DNA from: Auanema rhodensis
Taxonomy: Eukaryota; Animalia; Nematoda
Direction: 5' to 3'
NCBI GenBank assembly: GCA_964057225.1
Contig: OZ059898.1
Location: forward strand, 744,001 to 808,000
Length of the DNA: 64,000 nucleotides
A model generated the notes under the pieces. It ran no database searches and had not been told where the DNA came from. It saw only the letters and a list, made by a program, of their open reading frames with translations. Positions 27,073-42,299 of this stretch are shown one piece after another. Each line of letters starts with the position of its first letter. Position 1 is the first letter of the stretch. Position numbers and translations under genes: made by a program.

Positions 27073-30000
27073 AATTATTTTGAAATTTTCCGAAAAAATT
27101 TTTGTCAAAATGTTTTTGGAAGCAATGTTGAGTGTACATAGAAACTCAACATACACTAATGCATCATTTTTCAAACGATCATAACTAATTTTTGTATTAA
27201 GCGTTTCTCAATGTCGTATAGTGCATTCGATGCGGATTTTTAAGCTGCGTCGATCTGTGTTATCAGATTTGCGCTAGCTTAAAAATACACCGAGATATCA
27301 ACTGATATAAGTTCACACTTATATCCTCGATTTTCACCCTGAAGAATTAATTTTTTTGTTGAATAACATTGTCCATCGTCTTTGCCTTGAAAAAAGGAAT
27401 CTAAAAACATCTACTTTTTGCTAAATTATTTTGAAATTTTTCGAAAAAATTTTTGTCAAAATGTTTTTGGAAGCAATGTTGAGTGTACATGGAAACTCAA
27501 CATACACTAATGCATCATTTTTCAAACGATCATAACTAATTTTTGTATTAAGCGTTTCTCAATGTAGTATAGTGCATTCGATGCGGATTTTTAAGCTGCG
27601 TCGATCTGTGTTATCAGATTTGCGCTAGCTTAAAAATGCACCGAGATATCAACTGATATAAGTTCACACTTATATCCTCGATTTTCACCCTGAAGAATTA
27701 ATTTTTTTGTTGAAAAACATTGTCCATCGTCTTTGCCTTGAAAAAAGGAATCTAAAAACATCTACTTTTTGCTAAATTATTTTGAAAATTTTTCGAAAAA
27801 ATTTTTGTCAAAATGTTTTTGGAAGCAATGTTGAGTGTACATGGAAACTCAACATACACTAATGCATCATTTTTCAAACGATCATAACTAATTTTTGTAT
27901 TAAGCGTTTCTCAATGTAGTATAGTGCATTCGATGCGGATTTTTAAGCTGCGTCGATCTGTGTTATCAGATTTGCGCTAGCTTAAAAATGCACCGAGATA
28001 TCAACTGATATAAGTTCACACTTATATCCTCGATTTTCACCCTGAAGAATTAATTTTTTTGTTGAATAACATTGTCCATCGTCTTTGCCTTGAAAAAAGG
28101 AATCTAAAAACATCTACTTTTTGCTAAATTATTTTGAAATTTTTCGAAAAAATTTTTGTCAAAATGTTTTTGGAAGCAATGTTGAGTGTACATGGAAACT
28201 CAACATACACTAATGCATCATTTTTCAAACGATCATAACTAATTTTTGTATTAAGCGTTTCTCAATGTCGTATAGTGCATTCGATGCGGATTTTTAAGCT
28301 GCGTCGATCTGTGTTATCAGATTTGCGCTAGCTTAAAAATGCACCGAGATATCAACTGATATAAGTTCACACTTATATCCTCGATTTTCACCCTGAAGAA
28401 TTAATTTTTTCGTTGAATAACATTGTCCATCGTCTTTGCCTTGAAAAAAGGAATCTAAAAACATCTACTTTTTGCTAAATTATTTTGAAATTTTTCGAAA
28501 AAATTTTTGTCAAAATGTTTTTGGAAGCAATGTTGAGTGTACATGGAAACTCAACATACACTAATGCATCATTTTTCAAACGATCATAACTAATTTTTGT
28601 ATTAAGCGTTTCTCAATGTAGTATAGTGCATTCGATGCGGATTTTTAAGCTGCGTCGATCTGTGTTATCAGATTTGCGCTAGCTTAAAAATGCACCGAGA
28701 TATCAACTGATATAAGTTCACACTTATATCCTCGATTTTCACCCTGAAGAATTAATTTTTTTGTTGAATAACATTGTCCATCGTCTTTGCCTTGAAAAAA
28801 GGAATCTAAAAACATCTACTTTTTGCTAAATTATTTTGAAATTTTTCGAAAAAATTTTTGTCAAAATGTTTTTGGAAGCAATGTTGAGTGTACATGGAAA
28901 CTCAACATACACTAATGCATCATTTTTCAAACGATCATAACTAATTTTTGTATTAAGCGTTTCTCAATGTAGTATAGTGCATTCGATGCGGATTTTTAAG
29001 CTGCGTCGATCTGTGTTATCAGATTTGCGCTAGCTTAAAAATGCACCGAGATATCAACTGATATAAGTTCACACTTATATCCTCGATTTTCACCCTGAAG
29101 AATTAATTTTTTTGTTGAAAAACATTGTCCATCGTCTTTGCCTTGAAAAAAGGAATCTAAAAACATCTACTTTTTGCTAAATTATTTTGAAAATTTTTCG
29201 AAAAAATTTTTGTCAAAATGTTTTTGGAAGCAATGTTGAGTGTACATGGAAACTCAACATACACTAATGCATCATTTTTCAAACGATCATAACTAATTTT
29301 TGTATTAAGCGTTTCTCAATGTAGTATAGTGCATTCGATGCGGATTTTTAAGCTGCGTCGATCTGTGTTATCAGATTTGCGCTAGCTTAAAAATGCACCG
29401 AGATATCAACTGATATAAGTTCACACTTATATCCTCGATTTTCACCCTGAAGAATTAATTTTTTTGTTGAATAACATTGTCCATCGTCTTTGCCTTGAAA
29501 AAAGGAATCTAAAAACATCTACTTTTTGCTAAATTATTTTGAAATTTTTCGAAAAAATTTTTGTCAAAATGTTTTTGGAAGCAATGTTGAGTGTACATGG
29601 AAACTCAACATACACTAATGCATCATTTTTCAAACGATCATAACTAATTTTTGTATTAAGCGTTTCTCAATGTAGTATAGTGCATTCGATGCGGATTTTT
29701 AAGCTGCGTCGATCTGTGTTATCAGATTTGCGCTAGCTTAAAAATGCACCGAGATATCAACTGATATAAGTTCACACTTATATCCTCGATTTTCACCCTG
29801 AAGAATTAATTTTTTCGTTGAATAACATTGTCCATCGTCTTTGCCTTGAAAAAAGGAATCTAAAAACATCTACTTTTTGCTAAATTATTTTGAAATTTTT
29901 CGAAAAAATTTTTGTCAAAATGTTTTTGGAAGCAATGTTGAGTGTACATGGAAACTCAACATACACTAATGCATCATTTTTCAAACGATCATAACTAATT

Positions 30001-31988
30001 TTTGTATTAAGCGTTTCTCAATGTAGTATAATGCATTCGATTCGGATTTTTAAGCTGCGTCGATCTGTGTTATCAGATTTGCGCTAGCTTAAAAATGCAC
30101 CGAGATATCAACTGATATAAGTTCACACTTATATCCTCGATTTTCACCCTGAAGAATTAATTTTTTCGTTGAATAACATTGTCCATCGTCTTTGCCTTGA
30201 AAAAAGGAATCTAAAAACATGTACTTTTTGCTAAATTATTTTGAAATTTTCCGAAAAAATTTTTGTCAAAATGTTTTTGGAAGCAATGTTGAGTGTACAT
30301 AGAAACTCAACATACACTAATGCATCATTTTTCAAACGATCATAACTAATTTTTGTATTAAGCGTTTCTCAATGTCGTATAGTGCATTCGATGCGGATTT
30401 TTAAGCTGCGTCGATCTGTGTTATCAGATTTGCGCTAGCTTAAAAATGCACCGAGATATCAACTGATATAAGTTCACACTTATATCCTCGATTTTCACCC
30501 TGAAGAATTAATTTTTTCGTTGAATAACATTGTCCATCGTCTTTGCCTTGAAAAAAGGAATCTAAAAACATCTACTTTTTGCTAAATTATCTTGAAATTT
30601 TTCGAAAAAATTTTTGTCAAAATGTTTTTGGAAGCAATGTTGAGTGTACATAGAAACTCAACATACACTAATGCATCATTTTTCAAACGATCATAACTAA
30701 TTTTTGTATTAAGCGTTTCTCAATGTCGTATAGTGCATTCGATGCGGATTTTTAAGCTGCGTCGATCTGTGTTATCAGATTTGCGCTAGCTTAAAAATGC
30801 ACCGAGATATCAACTGATATAAGTTCACACTTATATCCTCGATTTTCACCCTGAAGAATTAATTTTTTCGTTGAATAACATTGTCCATCGTCTTTGCCTT
30901 GAAAAAAGGAATCTAAAAACATCTACTTTTTGCTAAATTATTTTGAAATTTTTCGAAAAAATTTTTGTCAAAATGTTTTTGGAAGCAATGTTGAGTGTAC
31001 ATGGAAACTCAACATACACTAATGCATCATTTTTCAAACGATCATAACTAATTTTTGTATTAAGCGTTTCTCAATGTAGTATAGTGCATTCGATTCGGAT
31101 TTTTAAGCTGCGTCGATCTGTGTTATCAGATTTGCGCTAGCTTAAAAATGCACCGAGATATCAACTGATATAAGTTCACACTTATATCCTCGATTTTCAC
31201 CCTGAAGAATTAATTTTTTCGTTGAATAACATTGTCCATCGTCTTTGCCTTGAAAAAAGGAATCTAAAAACATCTACTTTTTGCTAAATTATTTTGAAAT
31301 TTTTCGAAAAAATTTTTGTCAAAATGTTTTTGGAAGCAATGTTGAGTGTACATGGAAACTCAACATACACTAATGCATCATTTTTCAAACGATCATAACT
31401 AATTTTTGTATTAAGCGTTTCTCAATGTCGTATAGTGCATTCGATGCGGATTTTTAAGCTGCGTCGATCTGTGTTATCAGATTTGCGCTAGCTTAAAAAT
31501 GCACCGAGATATCAACTGATATAAGTTCACACTTATATCCTCGATTTTCACCCTGAAGAATTAATTTTTTCGTTGAATAACATTGTCCATCGTCTTTGCC
31601 TTGAAAAAAGGAATCTAAAAACATCTACTTTTTGCTAAATTATTTTGAAATTTTTCGAAAAAATTTTTGTCAAAATGTTTTTGGAAGCAATGTTGAGTGT
31701 ACATGGAAACTCAACATACACTAATGCATCATTTTTCAAACGATCATAACTAATTTTTGTATTAAGCGTTTCTCAATGTAGTATAGTGCATTCGATTCGG
31801 ATTTTTAAGCTGCGTCGATCTGTGTTATCAGATTTGCGCTAGCTTAAAAATGCACCGAGATATCAACTGATATAAGTTCACACTTATATCCTCGATTTTC
31901 ACCCTGAAGAATTAATTTTTTCGTTGAATAACATTGTCCATCGTCTTTGCCTTGAAAAAAGGAATCTAAAAACATGTACTTTTTGCTA

Positions 31989-32263
31989 AATTATTTTGAA
32001 ATTTTCCGAAAAAATTTTTGTCAAAATGTTTTTGGAAGCAATGTTGAGTGTACATAGAAACTCAACATACACTAATGCATCATTTTTCAAACGATCATAA
32101 CTAATTTTTGTATTAAGCGTTTCTCAATGTCGTATAGTGCATTCGATGCGGATTTTTAAGCTATCCTCGATTTTCACCCTGAAGAATTAATTTTTTTGTT
32201 GAATAACATTGTCCATCGTCTTTGCCTTGAAAAAAGGAATCTAAAAACATGTACTTTTTGCTA
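31989..32263. repeat. 275-bp deleted monomer
   Basis: Same junction at 32162/32163. Confidence 0.95.
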
Positions 32264-34629
32264 AATTATTTTGAAATTTTCCGAAAAAATTTTTGTCAAA
32301 ATGTTTTTGGAAGCAATGTTGAGTGTACATAGAAACTCAACATACACTAATGCATCATTTTTCAAACGATCATAACTAATTTTTGTATTAAGCGTTTCTC
32401 AATGTCGTATAGTGCATTCGATGCGGATTTTTAAGCTGCGTCGATCTGTGTTATCAGATTTGCGCTAGCTTAAAAATACACCGAGATATCAACTGATATA
32501 AGTTCACACTTATATCCTCGATTTTCACCCTGAAGAATTAATTTTTTTGTTGAATAACATTGTCCATCGTCTTTGCCTTGAAAAAAGGAATCTAAAAACA
32601 TCTACTTTTTGCTAAATTATTTTGAAATTTTTCGAAAAAATTTTTGTCAAAATGTTTTTGGAAGCAATGTTGAGTGTACATGGAAACTCAACATACACTA
32701 ATGCATCATTTTTCAAACGATCATAACTAATTTTTGTATTAAGCGTTTCTCAATGTAGTATAGTGCATTCGATGCGGATTTTTAAGCTGCGTCGATCTGT
32801 GTTATCAGATTTGCGCTAGCTTAAAAATGCACCGAGATATCAACTGATATAAGTTCACACTTATATCCTCGATTTTCACCCTGAAGAATTAATTTTTTTG
32901 TTGAAAAACATTGTCCATCGTCTTTGCCTTGAAAAAAGGAATCTAAAAACATCTACTTTTTGCTAAATTATTTTGAAAATTTTTCGAAAAAATTTTTGTC
33001 AAAATGTTTTTGGAAGCAATGTTGAGTGTACATGGAAACTCAACATACACTAATGCATCATTTTTCAAACGATCATAACTAATTTTTGTATTAAGCGTTT
33101 CTCAATGTAGTATAGTGCATTCGATGCGGATTTTTAAGCTGCGTCGATCTGTGTTATCAGATTTGCGCTAGCTTAAAAATGCACCGAGATATCAACTGAT
33201 ATAAGTTCACACTTATATCCTCGATTTTCACCCTGAAGAATTAATTTTTTTGTTGAATAACATTGTCCATCGTCTTTGCCTTGAAAAAAGGAATCTAAAA
33301 ACATCTACTTTTTGCTAAATTATTTTGAAATTTTTCGAAAAAATTTTTGTCAAAATGTTTTTGGAAGCAATGTTGAGTGTACATGGAAACTCAACATACA
33401 CTAATGCATCATTTTTCAAACGATCATAACTAATTTTTGTATTAAGCGTTTCTCAATGTCGTATAGTGCATTCGATGCGGATTTTTAAGCTGCGTCGATC
33501 TGTGTTATCAGATTTGCGCTAGCTTAAAAATGCACCGAGATATCAACTGATATAAGTTCACACTTATATCCTCGATTTTCACCCTGAAGAATTAATTTTT
33601 TCGTTGAATAACATTGTCCATCGTCTTTGCCTTGAAAAAAGGAATCTAAAAACATCTACTTTTTGCTAAATTATTTTGAAATTTTTCGAAAAAATTTTTG
33701 TCAAAATGTTTTTGGAAGCAATGTTGAGTGTACATGGAAACTCAACATACACTAATGCATCATTTTTCAAACGATCATAACTAATTTTTGTATTAAGCGT
33801 TTCTCAATGTAGTATAGTGCATTCGATGCGGATTTTTAAGCTGCGTCGATCTGTGTTATCAGATTTGCGCTAGCTTAAAAATGCACCGAGATATCAACTG
33901 ATATAAGTTCACACTTATATCCTCGATTTTCACCCTGAAGAATTAATTTTTTTGTTGAATAACATTGTCCATCGTCTTTGCCTTGAAAAAAGGAATCTAA
34001 AAACATCTACTTTTTGCTAAATTATTTTGAAATTTTTCGAAAAAATTTTTGTCAAAATGTTTTTGGAAGCAATGTTGAGTGTACATGGAAACTCAACATA
34101 CACTAATGCATCATTTTTCAAACGATCATAACTAATTTTTGTATTAAGCGTTTCTCAATGTAGTATAGTGCATTCGATGCGGATTTTTAAGCTGCGTCGA
34201 TCTGTGTTATCAGATTTGCGCTAGCTTAAAAATGCACCGAGATATCAACTGATATAAGTTCACACTTATATCCTCGATTTTCACCCTGAAGAATTAATTT
34301 TTTTGTTGAAAAACATTGTCCATCGTCTTTGCCTTGAAAAAAGGAATCTAAAAACATCTACTTTTTGCTAAATTATTTTGAAAATTTTTCGAAAAAATTT
34401 TTGTCAAAATGTTTTTGGAAGCAATGTTGAGTGTACATGGAAACTCAACATACACTAATGCATCATTTTTCAAACGATCATAACTAATTTTTGTATTAAG
34501 CGTTTCTCAATGTAGTATAGTGCATTCGATGCGGATTTTTAAGCTGCGTCGATCTGTGTTATCAGATTTGCGCTAGCTTAAAAATGCACCGAGATATCAA
34601 CTGATATAAGTTCACACTTATATCCTCGA

Positions 34630-37600
34630 TTTTCACCCTGAAGAATTAATTTTTTTGTTGAATAACATTGTCCATCGTCTTTGCCTTGAAAAAAGGAATC
34701 TAAAAACATCTACTTTTTGCTAAATTATTTTGAAATTTTTCGAAAAAATTTTTGTCAAAATGTTTTTGGAAGCAATGTTGAGTGTACATGGAAACTCAAC
34801 ATACACTAATGCATCATTTTTCAAACGATCATAACTAATTTTTGTATTAAGCGTTTCTCAATGTAGTATAGTGCATTCGATGCGGATTTTTAAGCTGCGT
34901 CGATCTGTGTTATCAGATTTGCGCTAGCTTAAAAATGCACCGAGATATCAACTGATATAAGTTCACACTTATATCCTCGATTTTCACCCTGAAGAATTAA
35001 TTTTTTCGTTGAATAACATTGTCCATCGTCTTTGCCTTGAAAAAAGGAATCTAAAAACATCTACTTTTTGCTAAATTATTTTGAAATTTTTCGAAAAAAT
35101 TTTTGTCAAAATGTTTTTGGAAGCAATGTTGAGTGTACATGGAAACTCAACATACACTAATGCATCATTTTTCAAACGATCATAACTAATTTTTGTATTA
35201 AGCGTTTCTCAATGTAGTATAATGCATTCGATTCGGATTTTTAAGCTGCGTCGATCTGTGTTATCAGATTTGCGCTAGCTTAAAAATGCACCGAGATATC
35301 AACTGATATAAGTTCACACTTATATCCTCGATTTTCACCCTGAAGAATTAATTTTTTCGTTGAATAACATTGTCCATCGTCTTTGCCTTGAAAAAAGGAA
35401 TCTAAAAACATGTACTTTTTGCTAAATTATTTTGAAATTTTCCGAAAAAATTTTTGTCAAAATGTTTTTGGAAGCAATGTTGAGTGTACATAGAAACTCA
35501 ACATACACTAATGCATCATTTTTCAAACGATCATAACTAATTTTTGTATTAAGCGTTTCTCAATGTCGTATAGTGCATTCGATGCGGATTTTTAAGCTGC
35601 GTCGATCTGTGTTATCAGATTTGCGCTAGCTTAAAAATGCACCGAGATATCAACTGATATAAGTTCACACTTATATCCTCGATTTTCACCCTGAAGAATT
35701 AATTTTTTCGTTGAATAACATTGTCCATCGTCTTTGCCTTGAAAAAAGGAATCTAAAAACATCTACTTTTTGCTAAATTATCTTGAAATTTTTCGAAAAA
35801 ATTTTTGTCAAAATGTTTTTGGAAGCAATGTTGAGTGTACATAGAAACTCAACATACACTAATGCATCATTTTTCAAACGATCATAACTAATTTTTGTAT
35901 TAAGCGTTTCTCAATGTCGTATAGTGCATTCGATGCGGATTTTTAAGCTGCGTCGATCTGTGTTATCAGATTTGCGCTAGCTTAAAAATGCACCGAGATA
36001 TCAACTGATATAAGTTCACACTTATATCCTCGATTTTCACCCTGAAGAATTAATTTTTTCGTTGAATAACATTGTCCATCGTCTTTGCCTTGAAAAAAGG
36101 AATCTAAAAACATCTACTTTTTGCTAAATTATTTTGAAATTTTTCGAAAAAATTTTTGTCAAAATGTTTTTGGAAGCAATGTTGAGTGTACATGGAAACT
36201 CAACATACACTAATGCATCATTTTTCAAACGATCATAACTAATTTTTGTATTAAGCGTTTCTCAATGTAGTATAGTGCATTCGATTCGGATTTTTAAGCT
36301 GCGTCGATCTGTGTTATCAGATTTGCGCTAGCTTAAAAATGCACCGAGATATCAACTGATATAAGTTCACACTTATATCCTCGATTTTCACCCTGAAGAA
36401 TTAATTTTTTCGTTGAATAACATTGTCCATCGTCTTTGCCTTGAAAAAAGGAATCTAAAAACATCTACTTTTTGCTAAATTATTTTGAAATTTTTCGAAA
36501 AAATTTTTGTCAAAATGTTTTTGGAAGCAATGTTGAGTGTACATGGAAACTCAACATACACTAATGCATCATTTTTCAAACGATCATAACTAATTTTTGT
36601 ATTAAGCGTTTCTCAATGTCGTATAGTGCATTCGATGCGGATTTTTAAGCTGCGTCGATCTGTGTTATCAGATTTGCGCTAGCTTAAAAATGCACCGAGA
36701 TATCAACTGATATAAGTTCACACTTATATCCTCGATTTTCACCCTGAAGAATTAATTTTTTCGTTGAATAACATTGTCCATCGTCTTTGCCTTGAAAAAA
36801 GGAATCTAAAAACATCTACTTTTTGCTAAATTATTTTGAAATTTTTCGAAAAAATTTTTGTCAAAATGTTTTTGGAAGCAATGTTGAGTGTACATGGAAA
36901 CTCAACATACACTAATGCATCATTTTTCAAACGATCATAACTAATTTTTGTATTAAGCGTTTCTCAATGTCGTATAGTGCATTCGATGCGGATTTTTAAG
37001 CTGCGTCGATCTGTGTTATCAGATTTGCGCTAGCTTAAAAATGCACCGAGATATCAACTGATATAAGTTCACACTTATATCCTCGATTTTCACCCTGAAG
37101 AATTAATTTTTTCGTTGAATAACATTGTCCATCGTCTTTGCCTTGAAAAAAGGAATCTAAAAACATCTACTTTTTGCTAAATTATTTTGAAATTTTTCGA
37201 AAAAATTTTTGTCAAAATGTTTTTGGAAGCAATGTTGAGTGTACATGGAAACTCAACATACACTAATGCATCATTTTTCAAACGATCATAACTAATTTTT
37301 GTATTAAGCGTTTCTCAATGTCGTATAGTGCATTCGATTCGGATTTTTAAGCTGCGTCGATCTGTGTTATCAGATTTGCGCTAGCTTAAAAATGCACCGA
37401 GATATCAACTGATATAAGTTCACACTTATATCCTCGATTTTCACCCTGAAGAATTAATTTTTTCGTTGAATAACATTGTCCATCGTCTTTGCCTTGAAAA
37501 AAGGAATCTAGAAACATCTACTTTTTGCTAAATTATTTTGAAATTTTTCGAAAAAATTTTTGTCAAAATGTTTTTGGAAGCAATGTTGAGTGTACATGGA

Positions 37601-40600
37601 AACTCAACATACACTAATGCATCATTTTTCAAACGATCATAACTAATTTTTGTATTAAGCGTTTCTCAATGTAGTATAGTGCATTCGATTCGGATTTTTA
37701 AGCTGCGTCGATCTGTGTTATCAGATTTGCGCTAGCTTAAAAATGCACCGAGATATCAACTGATATAAGTTCACACTTATATCCTCGATTTTCACCCTGA
37801 AGAATTAATTTTTTCGTTGAATAACATTGTCCATCGTCTTTGCCTTGAAAAAAGGAATCTAAAAAGATGTACTTTTTGCTAAATTATTTTGAAATTTTCC
37901 GAAAAAATTTTTGTCAAAATGTTTTTGGAAGCAATGTTGAGTGTACATAGAAACTCAACATACACTAATGCATCATTTTTCAAACGATCATAACTAATTT
38001 TTGTATTAAGCGTTTCTCAATGTCGTATAGTGCATTCGATGCGGATTTTTAAGCTATCCTCGATTTTCACCCTGAAGAATTAATTTTTTTGTTGAATAAC
38101 ATTGTCCATCGTCTTTGCCTTGAAAAAAGGAATCTAAAAACATCTACTTTTTGCTAAATTATTTTGAAATTTTTCGAAAAAATTTTTGTCAAAATGTTTT
38201 TGGAAGCAATGTTGAGTGTACATGGAAACTCAACATACACTAATGCATCATTTTTCAAACGATCATAACTAATTTTTGTATTAAGCGTTTCTCAATGTAG
38301 TATAGTGCATTCGATGCGGATTTTTAAGCTGCGTCGATCTGTGTTATCAGATTTGCGCTAGCTTAAAAATGCACCGAGATATCAACTGATATAAGTTCAC
38401 ACTTATATCCTCGATTTTCACCCTGAAGAATTAATTTTTTCGTTGAATAACATTGTCCATCGTCTTTGCCTTGAAAAAAGGAATCTAAAAACATCTACTT
38501 TTTGCTAAATTATTTTGAAATTTTTCGAAAAAATTTTTGTCAAAATGTTTTTGGAAGCAATGTTGAGTGTACATGGAAACTCAACATACACTAATGCATC
38601 ATTTTTCAAACGATCATAACTAATTTTTGTATTAAGCGTTTCTCAATGTAGTATAATGCATTCGATTCGGATTTTTAAGCTGCGTCGATCTGTGTTATCA
38701 GATTTGCGCTAGCTTAAAAATGCACCGAGATATCAACTGATATAAGTTCACACTTATATCCTCGATTTTCACCCTGAAGAATTAATTTTTTCGTTGAATA
38801 ACATTGTCCATCGTCTTTGCCTTGAAAAAAGGAATCTAAAAACATGTACTTTTTGCTAAATTATTTTGAAATTTTCCGAAAAAATTTTTGTCAAAATGTT
38901 TTTGGAAGCAATGTTGAGTGTACATAGAAACTCAACATACACTAATGCATCATTTTTCAAACGATCATAACTAATTTTTGTATTAAGCGTTTCTCAATGT
39001 CGTATAGTGCATTCGATGCGGATTTTTAAGCTGCGTCGATCTGTGTTATCAGATTTGCGCTAGCTTAAAAATGCACCGAGATATCAACTGATATAAGTTC
39101 ACACTTATATCCTCGATTTTCACCCTGAAGAATTAATTTTTTCGTTGAATAACATTGTCCATCGTCTTTGCCTTGAAAAAAGGAATCTAAAAACATCTAC
39201 TTTTTGCTAAATTATCTTGAAATTTTTCGAAAAAATTTTTGTCAAAATGTTTTTGGAAGCAATGTTGAGTGTACATAGAAACTCAACATACACTAATGCA
39301 TCATTTTTCAAACGATCATAACTAATTTTTGTATTAAGCGTTTCTCAATGTCGTATAGTGCATTCGATGCGGATTTTTAAGCTGCGTCGATCTGTGTTAT
39401 CAGATTTGCGCTAGCTTAAAAATGCACCGAGATATCAACTGATATAAGTTCACACTTATATCCTCGATTTTCACCCTGAAGAATTAATTTTTTCGTTGAA
39501 TAACATTGTCCATCGTCTTTGCCTTGAAAAAAGGAATCTAAAAACATCTACTTTTTGCTAAATTATTTTGAAATTTTTCGAAAAAATTTTTGTCAAAATG
39601 TTTTTGGAAGCAATGTTGAGTGTACATGGAAACTCAACATACACTAATGCATCATTTTTCAAACGATCATAACTAATTTTTGTATTAAGCGTTTCTCAAT
39701 GTAGTATAGTGCATTCGATTCGGATTTTTAAGCTGCGTCGATCTGTGTTATCAGATTTGCGCTAGCTTAAAAATGCACCGAGATATCAACTGATATAAGT
39801 TCACACTTATATCCTCGATTTTCACCCTGAAGAATTAATTTTTTCGTTGAATAACATTGTCCATCGTCTTTGCCTTGAAAAAAGGAATCTAAAAACATCT
39901 ACTTTTTGCTAAATTATTTTGAAATTTTTCGAAAAAATTTTTGTCAAAATGTTTTTGGAAGCAATGTTGAGTGTACATGGAAACTCAACATACACTAATG
40001 CATCATTTTTCAAACGATCATAACTAATTTTTGTATTAAGCGTTTCTCAATGTCGTATAGTGCATTCGATGCGGATTTTTAAGCTGCGTCGATCTGTGTT
40101 ATCAGATTTGCGCTAGCTTAAAAATGCACCGAGATATCAACTGATATAAGTTCACACTTATATCCTCGATTTTCACCCTGAAGAATTAATTTTTTCGTTG
40201 AATAACATTGTCCATCGTCTTTGCCTTGAAAAAAGGAATCTAAAAACATCTACTTTTTGCTAAATTATTTTGAAATTTTTCGAAAAAATTTTTGTCAAAA
40301 TGTTTTTGGAAGCAATGTTGAGTGTACATGGAAACTCAACATACACTAATGCATCATTTTTCAAACGATCATAACTAATTTTTGTATTAAGCGTTTCTCA
40401 ATGTCGTATAGTGCATTCGATGCGGATTTTTAAGCTGCGTCGATCTGTGTTATCAGATTTGCGCTAGCTTAAAAATGCACCGAGATATCAACTGATATAA
40501 GTTCACACTTATATCCTCGATTTTCACCCTGAAGAATTAATTTTTTCGTTGAATAACATTGTCCATCGTCTTTGCCTTGAAAAAAGGAATCTAAAAACAT

Positions 40601-41570
40601 CTACTTTTTGCTAAATTATTTTGAAATTTTTCGAAAAAATTTTTGTCAAAATGTTTTTGGAAGCAATGTTGAGTGTACATGGAAACTCAACATACACTAA
40701 TGCATCATTTTTCAAACGATCATAACTAATTTTTGTATTAAGCGTTTCTCAATGTCGTATAGTGCATTCGATTCGGATTTTTAAGCTGCGTCGATCTGTG
40801 TTATCAGATTTGCGCTAGCTTAAAAATGCACCGAGATATCAACTGATATAAGTTCACACTTATATCCTCGATTTTCACCCTGAAGAATTAATTTTTTCGT
40901 TGAATAACATTGTCCATCGTCTTTGCCTTGAAAAAAGGAATCTAGAAACATCTACTTTTTGCTAAATTATTTTGAAATTTTTCGAAAAAATTTTTGTCAA
41001 AATGTTTTTGGAAGCAATGTTGAGTGTACATGGAAACTCAACATACACTAATGCATCATTTTTCAAACGATCATAACTAATTTTTGTATTAAGCGTTTCT
41101 CAATGTAGTATAGTGCATTCGATTCGGATTTTTAAGCTGCGTCGATCTGTGTTATCAGATTTGCGCTAGCTTAAAAATGCACCGAGATATCAACTGATAT
41201 AAGTTCACACTTATATCCTCGATTTTCACCCTGAAGAATTAATTTTTTCGTTGAATAACATTGTCCATCGTCTTTGCCTTGAAAAAAGGAATCTAAAAAG
41301 ATGTACTTTTTGCTAAATTATTTTGAAATTTTCCGAAAAAATTTTTGTCAAAATGTTTTTGGAAGCAATGTTGAGTGTACATAGAAACTCAACATACACT
41401 AATGCATCATTTTTCAAACGATCATAACTAATTTTTGTATTAAGCGTTTCTCAATGTCGTATAGTGCATTCGATGCGGATTTTTAAGCTATCCTCGATTT
41501 TCACCCTGAAGAATTAATTTTTTTGTTGAATAACATTGTCCATCGTCTTTGCCTTGAAAAAAGGAATCTA
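34630..41570. repeat. Higher-order duplication, period 10 monomers (3434 bp), including one deleted monomer; boundaries approximate
   Basis: GTATAATGC 35222/38656, TCTAGAAAC 37511/40945 and deletion junctions 38055/41489 are all 3434 bp apart (9x351+275). Confidence 0.9.
37882..38156. repeat. 275-bp deleted monomer
   Basis: Same junction at 38055/38056. Confidence 0.95.
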
Positions 41571-41865
41571 AAAACATGTACTTTTTGCTAAATTATTTTG
41601 AAATTTTCCGAAAAAATTTTTGTCAAAATGTTTTTGGAAGCAATGTTGAGTGTACATAGAAACTCAACATACACTAATGCATCATTTTTCAAACGATCAT
41701 AACTAATTTTTGTATTAAGCGTTTCTCAATGTCGTATAGTGCATTCGATGCGGATTTTTAAGCTATCCTCGATTTTCACCCTGAAGAATTAATTTTTTTG
41801 TTGAATAACATTGTCCATCGTCTTTGCCTTGAAAAAAGGAATCTAAAAACATGTACTTTTTGCTA
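41316..41865. repeat. Two adjacent 275-bp deleted monomers
   Basis: Junctions at 41489/41490 and 41764/41765, exactly 275 bp apart. Confidence 0.95.
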
Positions 41866-42299
41866 AATTATTTTGAAATTTTCCGAAAAAATTTTTGTCA
41901 AAATGTTTTTGGAAGCAATGTTGAGTGTACATAGAAACTCAACATACACTAATGCATCATTTTTCAAACGATCATAACTAATTTTTGTATTAAGCGTTTC
42001 TCAATGTCGTATAGTGCATTCGATGCGGATTTTTAAGCTGCGTCGATCTGTGTTATCAGATTTGCGCTAGCTTAAAAATGCACCGAGATATCAACTGATA
42101 TAAGTTCACACTTATATCCTCGATTTTCACCCTGAAGAATTAATTTTTTTGTTGAATAACATTGTCCATCGTCTTTGCCTTGAAAAAAGGAATCTAAAAA
42201 CATCTACTTTTTGCTAAATTATTTTGAAAATTTTTCGAAAAAATTTTTGTCAAAATGTTTTTGGAAGCAATGTTGAGTGTACATGGAAACTCAACATAC

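Larger units (their letters stand above)
26400..36800. repeat. Higher-order duplication, period 15 monomers (5191 bp), with a nested 4-mer; boundaries approximate
   Basis: Deletion junctions 26971/32162, AAATACACC 27287/32478 and GTATAATGC 30031/35222 are all 5191 bp apart. Nested GAAAAACATTG at 27715/29120 (1405 bp apart) repeats at 32906/34311. Confidence 0.9.
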
